Positions 11,161 to 24,027 of a stretch of 64,000 bases of DNA are shown here, in pieces (positions within the stretch are counted from its first letter, which is position 1; every line of letters starts with the position of its first letter). Source of the DNA: Octopus vulgaris (taxonomy: Eukaryota); the NCBI GenBank assembly GCA_951406725.2, contig OX597826.1, positions 13,082,001 to 13,146,000 of the forward strand. Reading direction: 5' to 3'. The notes below the pieces were generated by a model that saw nothing but the letters and a program-made list of their open reading frames with translations, was not told where the DNA came from and made no database searches. Both the position numbers and the translations under genes were made by a program.

Positions 11161-13247
11161 AAATATCAAAGTTTAAAAGGTTTTAATCGACTAAAAATAC
11201 AGCAATATACAATACAAACAAAGATTGCTAAATTGTAAGCAAAACCAAACTTCAACGCAATAACATTTTTATGCAGCGAGTTGCTACATTCTTGACTAAC
11301 AGAAATCAGCACTGAACATGTCGTGCCGCAAACAGAACAGAACTCCACGCAGTTGCACTGCAGGCATATAACAGCAATCGAGACAATCAAAATCACGTGA
11401 TCAAAACTAAAATCACAACAGGATGGTATCGTTTTTTTCCCTTGGTGACTAACTCTGGATGATGTTCGTAAGAGTTTTTAGTGTGTGGGATATTATAGTA
11501 ACATCATATGCTTCGGTATTAGCCAACTCGATCATTCTATCGGGGCAAAGACTGAGCAACTGGCAATGATGTGGTCAAGTTTGTCATTGGAAAGTCTACA
11601 CTTTGTGTCTACCTCATTCTATGTGATATTAGCTTGATAGTTCTGTGTGAAGAGACCTTGATCTTGTGCCACTATGATAAATCCTTTTGTTTCAACTTGC
11701 AAACCACTGCTCTGCAATCACTGATGAGTTCTTCTCAGATCTACATCAGCTTCCCCAGCTCATTTGGGGTTTTGCCCATGCAACGGATTTTCTCAGCATA
11801 ACCTTCAAGCTGTCCTGTTTAGCTTTTGTATTACACTTTTTTGCTGCCTTAGTGGGTAGTATGTCCTCCTTATCATCATATTTAGGGAGGTTAAGCTCTC
11901 ATCTGTATTTATATGCATCATTTGAGATTGAGTATAATTTCTTACCCTATTCATGTTGTCTTACTAGCTGTATCATCCAATCGGTGTTACTCTGGATGTA
12001 CATTTGAAATCCTATTGCGGTTGTTTTATAGGACGCTTCAAGTTGGATTGGGCCTCTTCTGCCTTCCTTTCATGTGAGATAGAGCCTCTCAATGTCTGAT
12101 TTTGGTTGCTGTATCCTGTTTAGTGTCAGCAGTTACCTACTCTATGTGTATATACATTGGAGTTCATTCAGATTCCAACTGATGGCATTAAAAGGTGGTG
12201 AGCTGGCAGAAACGTTAGCATGCTGGGCAAAATGCTTAGTGGTATTTCGTCTGCCGCTATGTTCTGAGTGCAAATTCCGCCGAGGTCGACTTAGCCTTTC
12301 ATCATTTCGGGGTCGATAAATTAAGTACCAGTTATGCACTGGGGTCGATATAATCGACTTAATCTGTTTGTCTGTCCTTGTTTGTCCTCTATGTGTTTAG
12401 CCCCTTGTAGGTAGTAAAGAAATAGGCATTAAAGCTATAGTGGACAACTGGTACTGCCAGGGAGTTTATAGCTACAGCTCCATTCAGGAAGTTCAGTTCT
12501 GTATTCAGGACCATTCTGACACGTCTCGCACTGGATGGGTGCAGCTCGCATCCTTTACATTAAATATTAATCGAAGGAAAGAGTCAAGAATTCCAATTAA
12601 CTTCCAACAGTATAAATATTTATTTCTTGTTTCGCAATATATACATTTCTTCCTCTGGGTGAATTGGCAGCCTCGGAGTTTTTCGCTGTAGTCAAGTGGA
12701 GTGAGCCAAATCCTGTCCGTTCAAGCATAGCGGAGATACGCCACGAGGTAGCAGCTTGAGAGAGCTGATAAAACACGACTGTCCTGTTCAGCTGCCGGTG
12801 TTCAAGAGAGCGATACAAGGGAATTTCACTGCTGCTAGTTTTCTGCGCATACGCATGAGGGAACTTCCAGCAGGCCTCTCGGAACACTCCAACCCTGCAG
12901 ATGCGTGCTGGAGATTTCCAGGATGGCGTCACTACAATACTCTTTCCTGATCTTCTCTTTCATTGACCTCTGCTGAATCCCTTTCTCTTCCTGTACCCCA
13001 AGTTACTTATAAAAGCCTTCTTGGGGCAGGTTCTTGATAAATGTATCATTATCGAGTCGGGTCATGGTATTAGCTGTCAGTTTACCACACACATATACAG
13101 AGTAAGGCCCTCCACTTTATGATGCTCCAATCTATATAATTGTAATATGTACCACTTGGCTCCTGCTGCAATTTTCTCTCACTTGCGCGGTCATATACTT
13201 GCTGTTCCACTGTTCAATTCATCAATGCTCCATGCAATAAAGTACTT

Positions 13248-13479
13248 ATTTCTTTACTACCCATAAGGGGCTAAACACAGAGAGGACAAACAAGGACAGA
13301 CAAAGGGATTAAGTCGATTATATCGACCACAGTGCGTAACTGGTACTTATTTAATCGACCCCGAAAGGATGAAAGGCAAAGTAAACCTCGGTGGAATTTG
13401 AACTCAGAACGTAGCGGCAGACTAAATACCGCTAAGCATTTCGCCCGGCATGCTAACGATTCTGCCAGTTTGCCGCCTT
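13248..13479 (-). mobile_element. SINE family A
   Basis: full monomer; flanking repeat catgcaataaagtact. Confidence 0.85.
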
Positions 13480-13699
13480 CAAGTACATGCAATAAAGTAC
13501 TGCAGCTTTACTGTCAAATGATGTGTCAAAAATATTTAATTTTCAAACCTCGTTAAGGCATGGAGTTAAGTTTCTTTCAGCTGTCATTTCTTAACCTCTG
13601 GCTAAAATATATAAGCATCTTTTACTGATATATTTTGATAGGCACCAAAATATGCCACTGGTTAAAATAAAAATAAAATCGTTTCTTTTTTATTTCAAG

Positions 13700-13772
13700 G
13701 TGAATGAATTTAAAGAACAACTTTTCCAGTCTGTTGGTGTCCAACCGGAAAGAATTTTGGAATATTCTTGTG
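13700..13772 (+). CDS. DDX11: DDX11 exon 7
   Basis: ttcaag|...|gtatgt; VNEFKEQLFQSVGVQPERILEYSC(G). Confidence 0.95.
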
Positions 13773-13869
13773 GTATGTTTTAAGGATGAAAAATTTAAGA
13801 AATTTCTCTTGTGCCACACTTCAGTTGCAAAACATTTAATTTAAATAATTTTGTGGTAGTAGTTTTCAT

Positions 13870-13946
<77 letters not shown>

Positions 13947-14454
13947 TTAACGTCCGTTTTCCGTGCTAGCACGAGTTGGACGGTTTGACTGGGGTCTGGG
14001 AAATAAGGAGGCTGCACCAGGCTCCAGTCTGATCTGGCAGTGTTTCTACAGCTGGATGCCCTTCCTGACGCCAACCACTCCATGAGTGTATATATGTATT
14101 CGTTTATTTTATGTCTATTTTGCCATACTAACATGAATTGGACAAGGACAGGGAACTTATTTGGGGCTGGATTCCCTTCTTGTTATCAACCCTTGTTTTT
14201 CAAGTAAGAGATGTTTTTCATTCCAGTTTCTTAATGATGATGATGATGTCGATTGGACAACTTATAGAAATATTACCTTGCTTTGAAACAGGTGAGGGTT
14301 GGTGACAGGGAAAGCATCTGGTTAAGAAATGTTTCCCTTAAGTTATCGTCTCATTTATGCCAGTGATGAAACATGAACATTAAAATGGTTCAGTTCTATA
14401 TTTAAAAGATGAGGAATTATGTACATTATTTACATTCGATGGATATTTGTCCAT

Positions 14455-14720
14455 GGGCATATGGCGTAGTGGTTAAGAATCAGGCTACTAAACCCCAAGA
14501 TTCCGAGTTTGATTCCAAGCAGTGACCTGAACAACAACAACAACAATAATAATAATAATAATAACAACATCGAAAAATACCTTAGGAATGAGAACCCAGG
14601 TTCAAAATTTCCCCAAGACACCTGAAGAAGGCTGGAGGGTATATCAGCTGAAATGTTGTGTTAACAACAAACAAGATGAGGACAAATATCCATCGAATGT
14701 AAACAGTGTAAATAATGTAT
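14455..14720 (+). mobile_element. tRNA-headed short element with hammerhead motif (Penelope-type end)
   Basis: A-box TGGCGTAGTGG 14462, B-box GTTTGATTCC 14507, (AAC/AAT)n, hammerhead-like 14617-14662, 3' end inverted at 14420-14452. Confidence 0.65.
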
Positions 14721-14789
14721 TAGAATGGTTGTGATGATACACACAGATTCACTCATTTTTTTTTATTGTTTCTTTTTTTTTTTATTTAG

Positions 14790-14893
14790 GGCATGTCATA
14801 CCTGACAATAATTTACTTACTATTGCTTTGGCCAATGGACCATCTGGACAAGAAATGGATTTTACATTTAAATCAAGGAACAATGTTCAAACG
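14790..14893 (+). CDS. DDX11: DDX11 exon 8
   Basis: atttag|...|gtatat; GHVIPDNNLLTIALANGPSGQEMDFTFKSRNNVQT. Confidence 0.96.
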
Positions 14894-15267
14894 GTATATT
14901 ATGAAGCACTTTTATTCCATGTTATTATAATAATAATGATTGTTAATTAATTAATTAATTAATCGTGTTGCTGATTTATGCATGATATGCTAATTGCTCC
15001 AGTCATATCAGCTGCATCCATTTCAAATTTGATTTTAAAAGCACTTGTTATTCGGTTTTCCTTGTAAGCAGAGAATGAAGGACAGCAGACCCCTGAGGAA
15101 TGGCCAATCAGTTATGAAACTGAATAATTTCCCACAGTTTTCTGTGCCAAAGCATTATATATTTACATTTGTTTATTTTTCATCCAGCCATAAAAACCCT
15201 GTCAAAACACAGTAGTCTTCTACCTGGCAACCATCCTACTCATGGATGCATGGAAGACGGATGTTAA

Positions 15268-15488
15268 CCCTTTCATTACTAACCTGGCCAAAACCGCCTC
15301 TGGCTCTATAGTACAAATGTCTTGTTTTCTTAAGTTTTTAATTAAAATTTTCCACCAAACCTTAGTCACAATTTATGTTCCTAACACCAGCTTAATGGTA
15401 ACTAAGTTATTTTTCTAAATTCTTTGTTATATTTAAAATAATTGAAAGAAACACAGAGCATCTCAAAGTAAATATGGTAATGAAAGGG
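15268..15488. mobile_element. piggyBac-like MITE
   Basis: TTAA TSD and same TIRs as 2123-2343. Confidence 0.85.
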
Positions 15489-16371
15489 TTAAATGATGCT
15501 GGTGATGACAGGTCTTATAAACTGTAGGTTAACTGCATTAAATTAACCTTAAATTTCAATAATAATAATAGTCCTTTTGACTATAAGCACAAGGCCTCAA
15601 ATTTTATGGGAGGGGAGCTAGTCAATTACATTCACCCCAGTGTGAAATAGGTGCTTATTTTATCAACCCTGAAAGGATGAAAGGCAAAGCTGACCTTGAT
15701 GGAATTTCAACACAGAACTTTAAGACACACAAAACACAACTAAGTATTTTGTTTTAGTGTGTTAACAGCTCTGCTAGCTTGCTGCCTTCGTAATAATAAT
15801 ATTTGTAGTGGGCCAGCAATTAGATGGATGAAGGAAGTCTATTGTATTCACACCAGTGTTATACTGGTAATTATTTTATCAAGGCGGCGAGCTGGCAGAA
15901 GTGTTAGCACGCCAGGCAAAATGCTTAGCAGTATTTCGTCTGTCGTTACTTTCTGAGTTCAAATTCCGCCGAGGTCAACTTTGCCTCTCATCCTTTCAGG
16001 GTCGATAAATTAAGTACCAGGTATGCACTGGGGTTGATGCAATCGACTTAATCTCTTTGTTTGTCCCCTCTGTGTTTGGCCCCTTGTGGGTAGTAAAGAA
16101 ATAGGTAATTATTTTATCAACCATCCCTCACAAAAAGAAAAATGAGAAGCAATATCAACATTTGCAGGATTTGATCTCAGAATGTAAAGAGCTGAAAGAA
16201 ATGCCACTAAGCACCATTGTTTAACATCTGCTTTCCATGCTGGCATGAGTTGGAAGGTTTGATAGCAGCTGGCAAGGCCAGGAGCAACATAGGATTTCAA
16301 AGTCTGTTTAGGCTTGGTTTCAACAGCTGGATGCCCTTCCTGACACCAACCACTTTACAGCATGCCCTGAT

Positions 16372-16504
16372 TGCTTTTTAAATGGCACCAACCCCAGTGC
16401 TTTTAAATGGCACCAGCACCAGTGCTTTTAAATGGCACCAACCCCAGTGCTTTTAAATGGCATCATCACCAGTGCTTTTTACATGGCACCATCACTAGTG
16501 CTTT
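16372..16504. repeat. about 25-bp minisatellite, about 5 units
   Basis: unit gcttttaaatggcaccaaccccagt, derived from the reverse RTE UTR motif. Confidence 0.75.
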
Positions 16505-17015
16505 GAAGTCATCATCATCATCGTTTAACGTCCGCTTTCCATGCTGGCATGGGTTGGATGGTTTGACTGTGGGCTGGCGAACCAGATGGCTGCACCAGGC
16601 TCCAGTCTTGATCTGGCAGAGTTTCTACAGCTGGATGCCCTTCCTAACGCCAACCACTCTGAGAGTGTTGTGGGTGCTTTTACGTGCCACCTGCACGGGG
16701 GCCAGTCATGCGGTACTGGCAATGACCTCGCTCAAATTTTTTATTTTTTTACACATGCCAACAGCACAGGTAGTGGCAGGGTATTGGTCAGTTACATAAA
16801 GCCGGTACTTGACTGATGCTTTATTTTATCAATCTTGAAAGGTTGAAATCAAAGCTGACCTCAGAAGAATTTGAACTCTGCATTTAAAGAACTTGAAGAA
16901 ATAATGCTAAGTAGATTTTCTCCGATGTGCTAAGAATTCTGCTTGTTTGCTGCTTGCAATAACAATAGTCTAATTCCTCATTCTTTTATGTCTTTATTCT
17001 TATTTTAATTTTTAG

Positions 17016-17165
17016 CTAAACGAGCTTGGTCATGTTGTTGTTAATATGTGCAATGTAATACCTGGTGGTATTGTCTGCTTCTTCCCATCGTATGATTTTG
17101 AAAACCATGTGTCTTCCCACTGGACAACATCTGGAGTTCTGCAAAGAATATCAAATAAGAAAAAG
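17016..17165 (+). CDS. DDX11: DDX11 exon 9 (motif IV)
   Basis: ttttag|...|gtatta; LNELGHVVVNMCNVIPGGIVCFFPSYDFENHVSSHWTTSGVLQRISNKKK. Confidence 0.97.
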
Positions 17166-17251
17166 GTATTAATGAAATATGATAATAATATTTACGGAGA
17201 TGTACTTGCATAGCAAGTGACTTGATCTGAGATCGTGTGCTGGAACGAAAA

Positions 17252-17524
17252 CAATTGCAGCGTGGAAGGTGTTTAAAAGCCATTTAAGAAACACACAAAA
17301 ACCGTTAGATTCACTTCAACATTTAAATTTAATTTGTCAAAATATTTTCGTTGCTTTGAGACCGCGACCTGTTCACTGACAAAAATCCGTGCTGTATCAG
17401 TGAACAGGTCGCGGTCTCAAAGCGACGAAAATATTTTGACAAATTAAATTTAAATGTTGAAGTGAATCTAACGGTTTTTGTGTGTTTCTTAAATGACTTA
17501 TAAACACCTTCCACGCTACAATTG
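17252..17524. repeat. long inverted repeat (about 128-bp arms, 17-nt loop)
   Basis: caattgcagcgtggaagg...cactga / tcagtg...ccttccacgctacaattg with few mismatches. Confidence 0.92.
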
Positions 17525-17929
17525 ATAATAATATTTTTGTAAAATTATTATCCTCAAAACATTGTAATTTCTGTTATATTTACATTTCCCATAATGCATG
17601 GCTTCAAATTTCAATTATTTGTCATAATAAAGTTCTGCTCACCGACTAGTAACACAGGAGGGTCACTGCTACTGTTGCCGATGTGCTCTGCCTTGTCATT
17701 AATCAAAACCATATGTACTTGTCTTCAATCATCATCAGCAGCAGCATCATCTTCATTGTTGCAATTTTTACTTTTCCATGCTTGCATGGGTTGGACAGAA
17801 TTTATTGAGGTAGATTTTCTGTGACTAGATGCCCTTCCTGTCCAAGCCATGCCAATATGGAAAACAAATGCTAAATGATGACATGTATATGTAAATATAC
17901 AATATATGTTTGCTTGTTATTATATATAT

Positions 17930-18127
17930 CTGACTGGCCTCCGTGCAGGTGGCACATAAAAAGCATCCACTACACTCTTGGAGTGGTTGGCATTAGGAAG
18001 GGCATCAAGCTGTAGAAACACTGCCAGATCAAGACTGGAGCCTGGTGCAGCCTTCTAGTTGCCAGTCCTCAGACAAATTGTCCAAGCCATGCTAGCATGG
18101 AAAGCGGACGTTAAACGATGATGATGA

Positions 18128-18173
<46 letters not shown>

Positions 18174-18420
18174 TCATCATCATCATATATATATATATAT
18201 ATATATATATCATCATCATCATCGTTTAACGTCCGCTTTCCATGCTAGCATGGCTTGGACAATTTGTCTGAGGACTGGCAACTAGAAGGCTGCCCCAGGC
18301 TCCAGTCTGATCTGGCAGTGTTTCTATACCTGGATGCCCTTCCTAATGCCAACCACTCCAAGAGTGTAGTGGATGCTTTTACATGCCACCGGCACGGAGG
18401 CCAGTTGAGGCGGCGCTGGC
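17930..18420. mobile_element. two RTE 3' ends tail-to-tail around (TA)n/(CAT)n
   Basis: + copy 17930-18130 and - copy 18210-18420 are near-identical. Confidence 0.88.
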
Positions 18421-18572
18421 AACGGCCACATTCGGATGGCTCTTTTACATGCCACCGGCACTGGTATCACAACTACAGTTTCCATTGAACTAAAAATCTG
18501 TAATTGTGAAGATTTAAATGAAATTCCTCAAAAGTGGAATTATCTTTTTTATTTTCCATTTGAATTCTTCAG

Positions 18573-18641
18573 ATATTCAGAGAGGCTCGGAAAGCTGGAG
18601 AATCTGATAAAGTTCTTAATTCTTATGCGCAGTGTATCGAG
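18573..18641 (+). CDS. DDX11: DDX11 exon 10
   Basis: cttcag|...|gtaagt; IFREARKAGESDKVLNSYAQCIE. Confidence 0.95.
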
Positions 18642-19759
18642 GTAAGTAAGAAATAATACCTATGTAACATATACGTACATGCATACACCAGTGTGTGCAT
18701 ATACATATATTGTCCTATTATTTTACTTGCTTCAGCCATTAGATTGTGGCCATGCTGGGGCACCTCCTTCAAGTGTTAAATTGATCATGTTAATTCTAGT
18801 ATTTATTTCACTTGTATATTTATTTTATCAATCTATTTGTCAAACTGCTAAGTTACAGGACATGAAATGATGAAATAGTAGCACAAATATAGGCTAATGG
18901 TTAGACAGACTCACATACGCATGTGTGCACACACATACACACATGCATTCCTCCATCTCCACACACACACATAGATGGATTGACAGATGAAAGTTACAAA
19001 AATTATTATATAGCAAAATGCAACTGTGAGGAAAATTCCAATTATAGCAAGTCTGAATATATATTCACAGTTTTTAATGTCATGTGTGTATATATATATA
19101 CACATATATATATATATATATGAGTGTGCTTCTTTTTGTGGATTTATGTTTACAGATGATATATACATATATATATAATTTTCTACTCTAGGCACAAGTC
19201 CTGAGATTTTGGGGGAGGTGGGGCAGTTGATTAAATCGACCCCAGTATACAACTGGTACTTAATTTATTGACCCAGAAAGGATGTAAGGCAAAGTCAACC
19301 GTGGTGGAGTTTGAACTCAGAATGTAAAGAGAGACAAAATACCACTAAGCATTTCGCCCTGCGTGCTAACGTTTCTGCCAACTCGCCTTACATGTATATA
19401 AGTACAAAATGGGACAAGAACACAAAACATCCAGACAGTTAAGTGAAACAAAAAAGGGACAACAAAGCATCCAGATAGACAATACAAAGAAAACAAGGAC
19501 GGGTCATTCGGAGTTTTCTTTCCTCAGTCGAGTTCCAGATTATCTTTGCAATTTCGGCTGGTTATACTTGAGATTGCTCCAATCTGGCCAGCCCCAAGGA
19601 AAAACTAAGCTAAGAGCATTAGATTCCTTCGAAGAAAGCAGCGAATATATATGAAAACAAGGACGGGAAAATAAACAGAGAATGTTACACAAATACAAAT
19701 GATAGGACATAACAACAGGTGTCTTTCGACTAAGGACAAATTAAATTAAGCTGGCGTGT

Positions 19760-21046
19760 GTCCTCCCATAAATAATGTGTTTTTTTTATACTCCTCTCAT
19801 TTTACAAAAATTAAGATAACAAAGTTCTTTTTTAATCTAAAATATACTCTCCTTTATTTTCTACAGTTCTCTTCCATCTATCTGGTAGACTTGCAAGGCC
19901 TCTCTTCCAAAATTCACTTGTCCCTGATGAAAAAATACTCCTCTAGTACTGTTCTGACCTTGTCTGTAGAATTCATATTTTTACTGTTCAAATGCCTTTG
20001 AAGACTGCTCCATCTGATTATCATTTATTCTGCAATATCCAGCAAATATGGTGGGTGGGGCATTGTTTCCCATTCAAACTGCTCCAGGCTTTGGAATGTT
20101 ATTCTCGCTGTACATGGCCAAGCATTATTCTGATGGAAGAACACCTTTCATCTTGAAGCCAAAGATGGTAATTTTTCTTCTAGCGCTGACTGAAGTCACT
20201 CAAGCTGCTCGCAGTAGGTCTCTTTTGTTATCGTTTGGTTTGGGTTTAAAAGTTCAAAGTGGAGTATAGCTTTCATATCCTACCAAACAGATAGCAACAC
20301 CTTATATATGTGAAGACCTTCTTTAGCCTGGGGTGCTAGTGTTTCTCCTTTCCCAATCCACTGTCTTCAGCTCTTGATATTTTTATAGAGAACCCATTTC
20401 TTGTCACTAATCACTATTTAGTCCAAAAAAGGTTCATTCGTGAGAGGTGACAGCAAAGAAGAGCACACTTTCACTCTCTGTTCGTGATTAGACTCGGAAA
20501 GTTTATGAGGAACCCATTCACCCAATTTGCTTACTTTTCTGACGGCACACAGATGTCGATGAATGGTTGAATGACTGAATCCAAGCTTCTCCGATAGTTC
20601 CTCAACAGTTACAATGGGATTTTGTTCCACCAGGATTCGCAGGATATTCTTGTCGAGCTCTACAGATCTTCCAGGATGAGGCTTGTCTTCTAGGCTGTAG
20701 ATTCTGGCTCAGAATTTCTGGAACCACTGTTGATACTAGGTTACATTCATTGTCCGATCCCTATATACTGCATTAATAATCCTCACACTTTCTGTTGCGT
20801 TGTTGCCTTTATTGAACTCATAAAGCAAAATATGCCGAATACGCTCCTTTTCCACTTCCATTATAGCTTTGAAAACTTAGCTATTAAAACCAAACTGCAC
20901 TCTTTAAAACTTGCACTAAGAGTAAGTACAAGGTAATATTACTACCTGCTTTTAAAGCAAGTTGATGCAGGTAGTTTATCCCATCCCCCTCTGACTTATA
21001 GTTCATGCAATTGAAAAAGCTGCATTATTTATGGGATGAACCAATA
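19760..21046 (-). mobile_element. full-length-sized degenerate mariner
   Basis: HTH and WVPHKL motif (ORF 20418-20630); inverted ends tcccataaataatg (19764) / cattatttatggga (21023); about 1.29 kb; ORF broken. Confidence 0.85.
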
Positions 21047-21278
21047 TATATAGATATATAGATATGATAGGATTCCATACAATTTCCATCTGCCAAATTT
21101 CACTGATCTTTTACTATAGCTTTAGGATATTTGTAAAAGATGTCTGCACAAGGTGGCCACATGGTGGAATTGAAACTTAACCCATGTGGATGCCAAGTAA
21201 ATCTCTTAACAACCATGTAGCCATACTTGCTCCTATGAATTGCTTTAGTCTAAAATGTTTCACTATTTCTTATTCCAG

Positions 21279-21382
21279 AAATGCAAATATTCTGAAGATG
21301 CCAAAATAACTGGTGCCATTCTGTTCAGTGTTGTTGGTGGCAAATTGAGTGAAGGAATCAATTTCTCAGATGATCTTGGAAG
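21279..21382 (+). CDS. DDX11: DDX11 exon 11 (motif V)
   Basis: ttccag|...|gtaggt; [34 protein letters not shown](R). Confidence 0.97.
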
Positions 21383-21784
21383 GTAGGTGAAACGGTTATT
21401 GTCATTTGCCAGAAAATAATTCTTGAAATTAAAGAAAAGTAAATCAATAAAAATAGAAAGCTTTCTTGTAAATTATTAATTGCATCTTTGATTGGAATAT
21501 CTTTAATTTACTGTTGTTCATAATTAGCATTCTTAAGGTGGCAAGCTGGCAGAATCATTAGCACACCAGGCAAAATGCTTAAAGGCATTTTATCTGTGTT
21601 TGCGTTCTGGGTTCAAGTCCTGCTGAGGTTGACTTTGTCTTTCTTCCTTTCAGGGTCAATAAAAAAAGTACCAGTTGGGCACTGAGGTCAATATAATTAA
21701 CTTAACCCCTCTTCTGAAGTTGCTGGCATTAGCAAAAACTTGAAACAAATAATTAGCATTCTTTTATCTTCCAAATAGTTAGAA

Positions 21785-22157
21785 TCTCTATACATATAAA
21801 CGGCAAAATGTCTGTCTGTCTGTGTGTGTATCCTTTATACAAATCCACAATTTCTCAGTTAGAGGGCTCGCATTTTCTATGGTCATTCAAAACCATCCAA
21901 GGGTGGCCGTGCACATCTTTACATTTCCCCAGTCACCCTGCAAAGCCATTAAAAAATCAATAGAAGTGACTTTTTTGTGAATTTTCTATCCAAAACCCAA
22001 ATCAAAATGCCCGAAACTTGATACGCCAATTGAATGCCAGCTAGCTGTATGTGATTGGTTGGAGATTTGGACAGTACTCGCGTGTATGTGTGCACGCACA
22101 CAGCTGTATATGCATGCACTAGCACTATGACCCAGGGTTGCCTGATCATAATGCTAG
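21785..22157 (+). mobile_element. non-autonomous Helitron
   Basis: 5' TC..TATATAAA, (GTCT)n, decayed 3' hairpin then CTAG; sister copy at 31487-31822. Confidence 0.75.
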
Positions 22158-22794
22158 TAGTGTATAAAATATAATCTTATATTGTTTATTTGTCAATCTT
22201 TATTATATACAAGTGTTCTGCTTTCTAGTTTGCTTTATGATATGGAAACTGTGTGGAGGTCCATCATATATATGTGTGTATATGTGTGCCTTAGTTTCTT
22301 CTCACCCACCCACCCACTGCCTTTCAACCAGTGTTGGTTTGTTTACATCTCTTTAGCAACAGAAACTGATAGATTAAGTACAGGACTTAAAAAATTAGTA
22401 TTGGGGCTGGTTCATTTGACTAAACCCTTCAAGGTGGTGCCCCAGCATGACCGCAGTCCAGGAGCTGAAACGAATAAAAGAAAAAATGAAATTAATTTGA
22501 AAAAATAAATTTAATTGGTGAACCATTGTATCACTGAAGAAGCACTAAAGACTTTATCACAGTGTTACTATTGCATTAGTGTAGTTTCCAGTATAGAAAT
22601 AAGTTCATAAGTTACACAACCTGGGCAAGTATGGCTGTACGGTAAAAATGTTTGCTTTGTAACTGCATGTTTCAGGTTCAATCCCACTGCATGGCTTCTT
22701 CCGTAGCCTTGGGCTGACCAGTGCCTTGTGAGTGAAACTGGTAGGCAAAAATGTAGAAGTGTATCATGTGTATATGTTTGTGTGCCTCTCTCAA

Positions 22795-23185
22795 CAGCTG
22801 TGGCTGTGTGGTAAGTAGCTTGCTTACCAACCACATGATTCCGGGTTCAGTCCCACTGCGTGGCACCTTGGGCAAGTGTCTTCTACTATAGCCTCAGGCC
22901 AACCAAAGCCTTGTGAGTGGATTTGGTAGACGGAAACTGAAAGAAGCCCGTCGTATATATATATGTGTGTGTGTTTGTGTGTCTGTGTTTGTCCCCCTAG
23001 CATTGCTTGACAACCGATACTGGTGTGTTTATGTCCCCATTACTTAGCAGTTCGGCAAAAGAGACCGATAGAATAAAGTACTGGGCTTACACAGAATAAG
23101 TCCCGGGGTCGAGTTGCTCGATTTAAGGTGGTGCTCCAGCATGGCCGCAGTCAAATGACTGAAACAAGTAAAAGAGTAAAAGAGT
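22795..23185 (+). mobile_element. tRNA-headed SINE family B (CORE-like start)
   Basis: tggctgtgtggtaag..ggttcagtccc..caccttgggcaagtgtc, internal (TA)/(TG)n, tail gactgaaacaagtaaaagag; more than 10 copies. Confidence 0.85.
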
Positions 23186-23574
23186 GTGACATATACACAA
23201 GGCAAAGTTGACATCAAGGTTGAATATAAAAAGAAAAAGATTTATACCCAAAATTTGGCACTAAATTACAGGTGCAACTTATAGATGAGTACACAGAGCT
23301 AATTCTAGGGTTGTTATGAGCCGCTAAAACCTTCCAAATGGTGCCCCATCATGGCTCCGCACTCCAATGAACGAAAAAAATTAAAAGTCAAAAACAGTTG
23401 GACGTGTGATGTATAGAGGCAAGGTGTTCGAGTGGTTATGGTATTCTGGGATTCTAACTCATTACTTTCTGTTAATATGTCATCATACATATATATATAT
23501 ATATATATACTAATATTGAGGGGTCAGCAAAAGAAATGCATCACCACATACCGAAGAACAGAAATAGTAGCCAT

Positions 23575-24025
<451 letters not shown>

Positions 24026-24027
<2 letters not shown>

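Larger units (their letters stand above)
9750..13600 (-). mobile_element. decayed restriction-like-endonuclease LINE (R4/Dong-like), two stacked 3' ends, multiply interrupted
   Basis: minus-strand peptides NKPDTVIKD..LLIDMTV, KDLLIEIQNM..VIVGSLGMI, GRRGPIQLE, INSLAVPVVHYSF, YKYLG; (TAA)n tails at about 9750 and 10150. Confidence 0.7.

Noticed and set aside
15091-15125. CTGAGGA-atggc caatca gttat-GAAAC hammerhead candidate
   Set aside because: Weak stem II and no convincing stem I or III; at most a relic.
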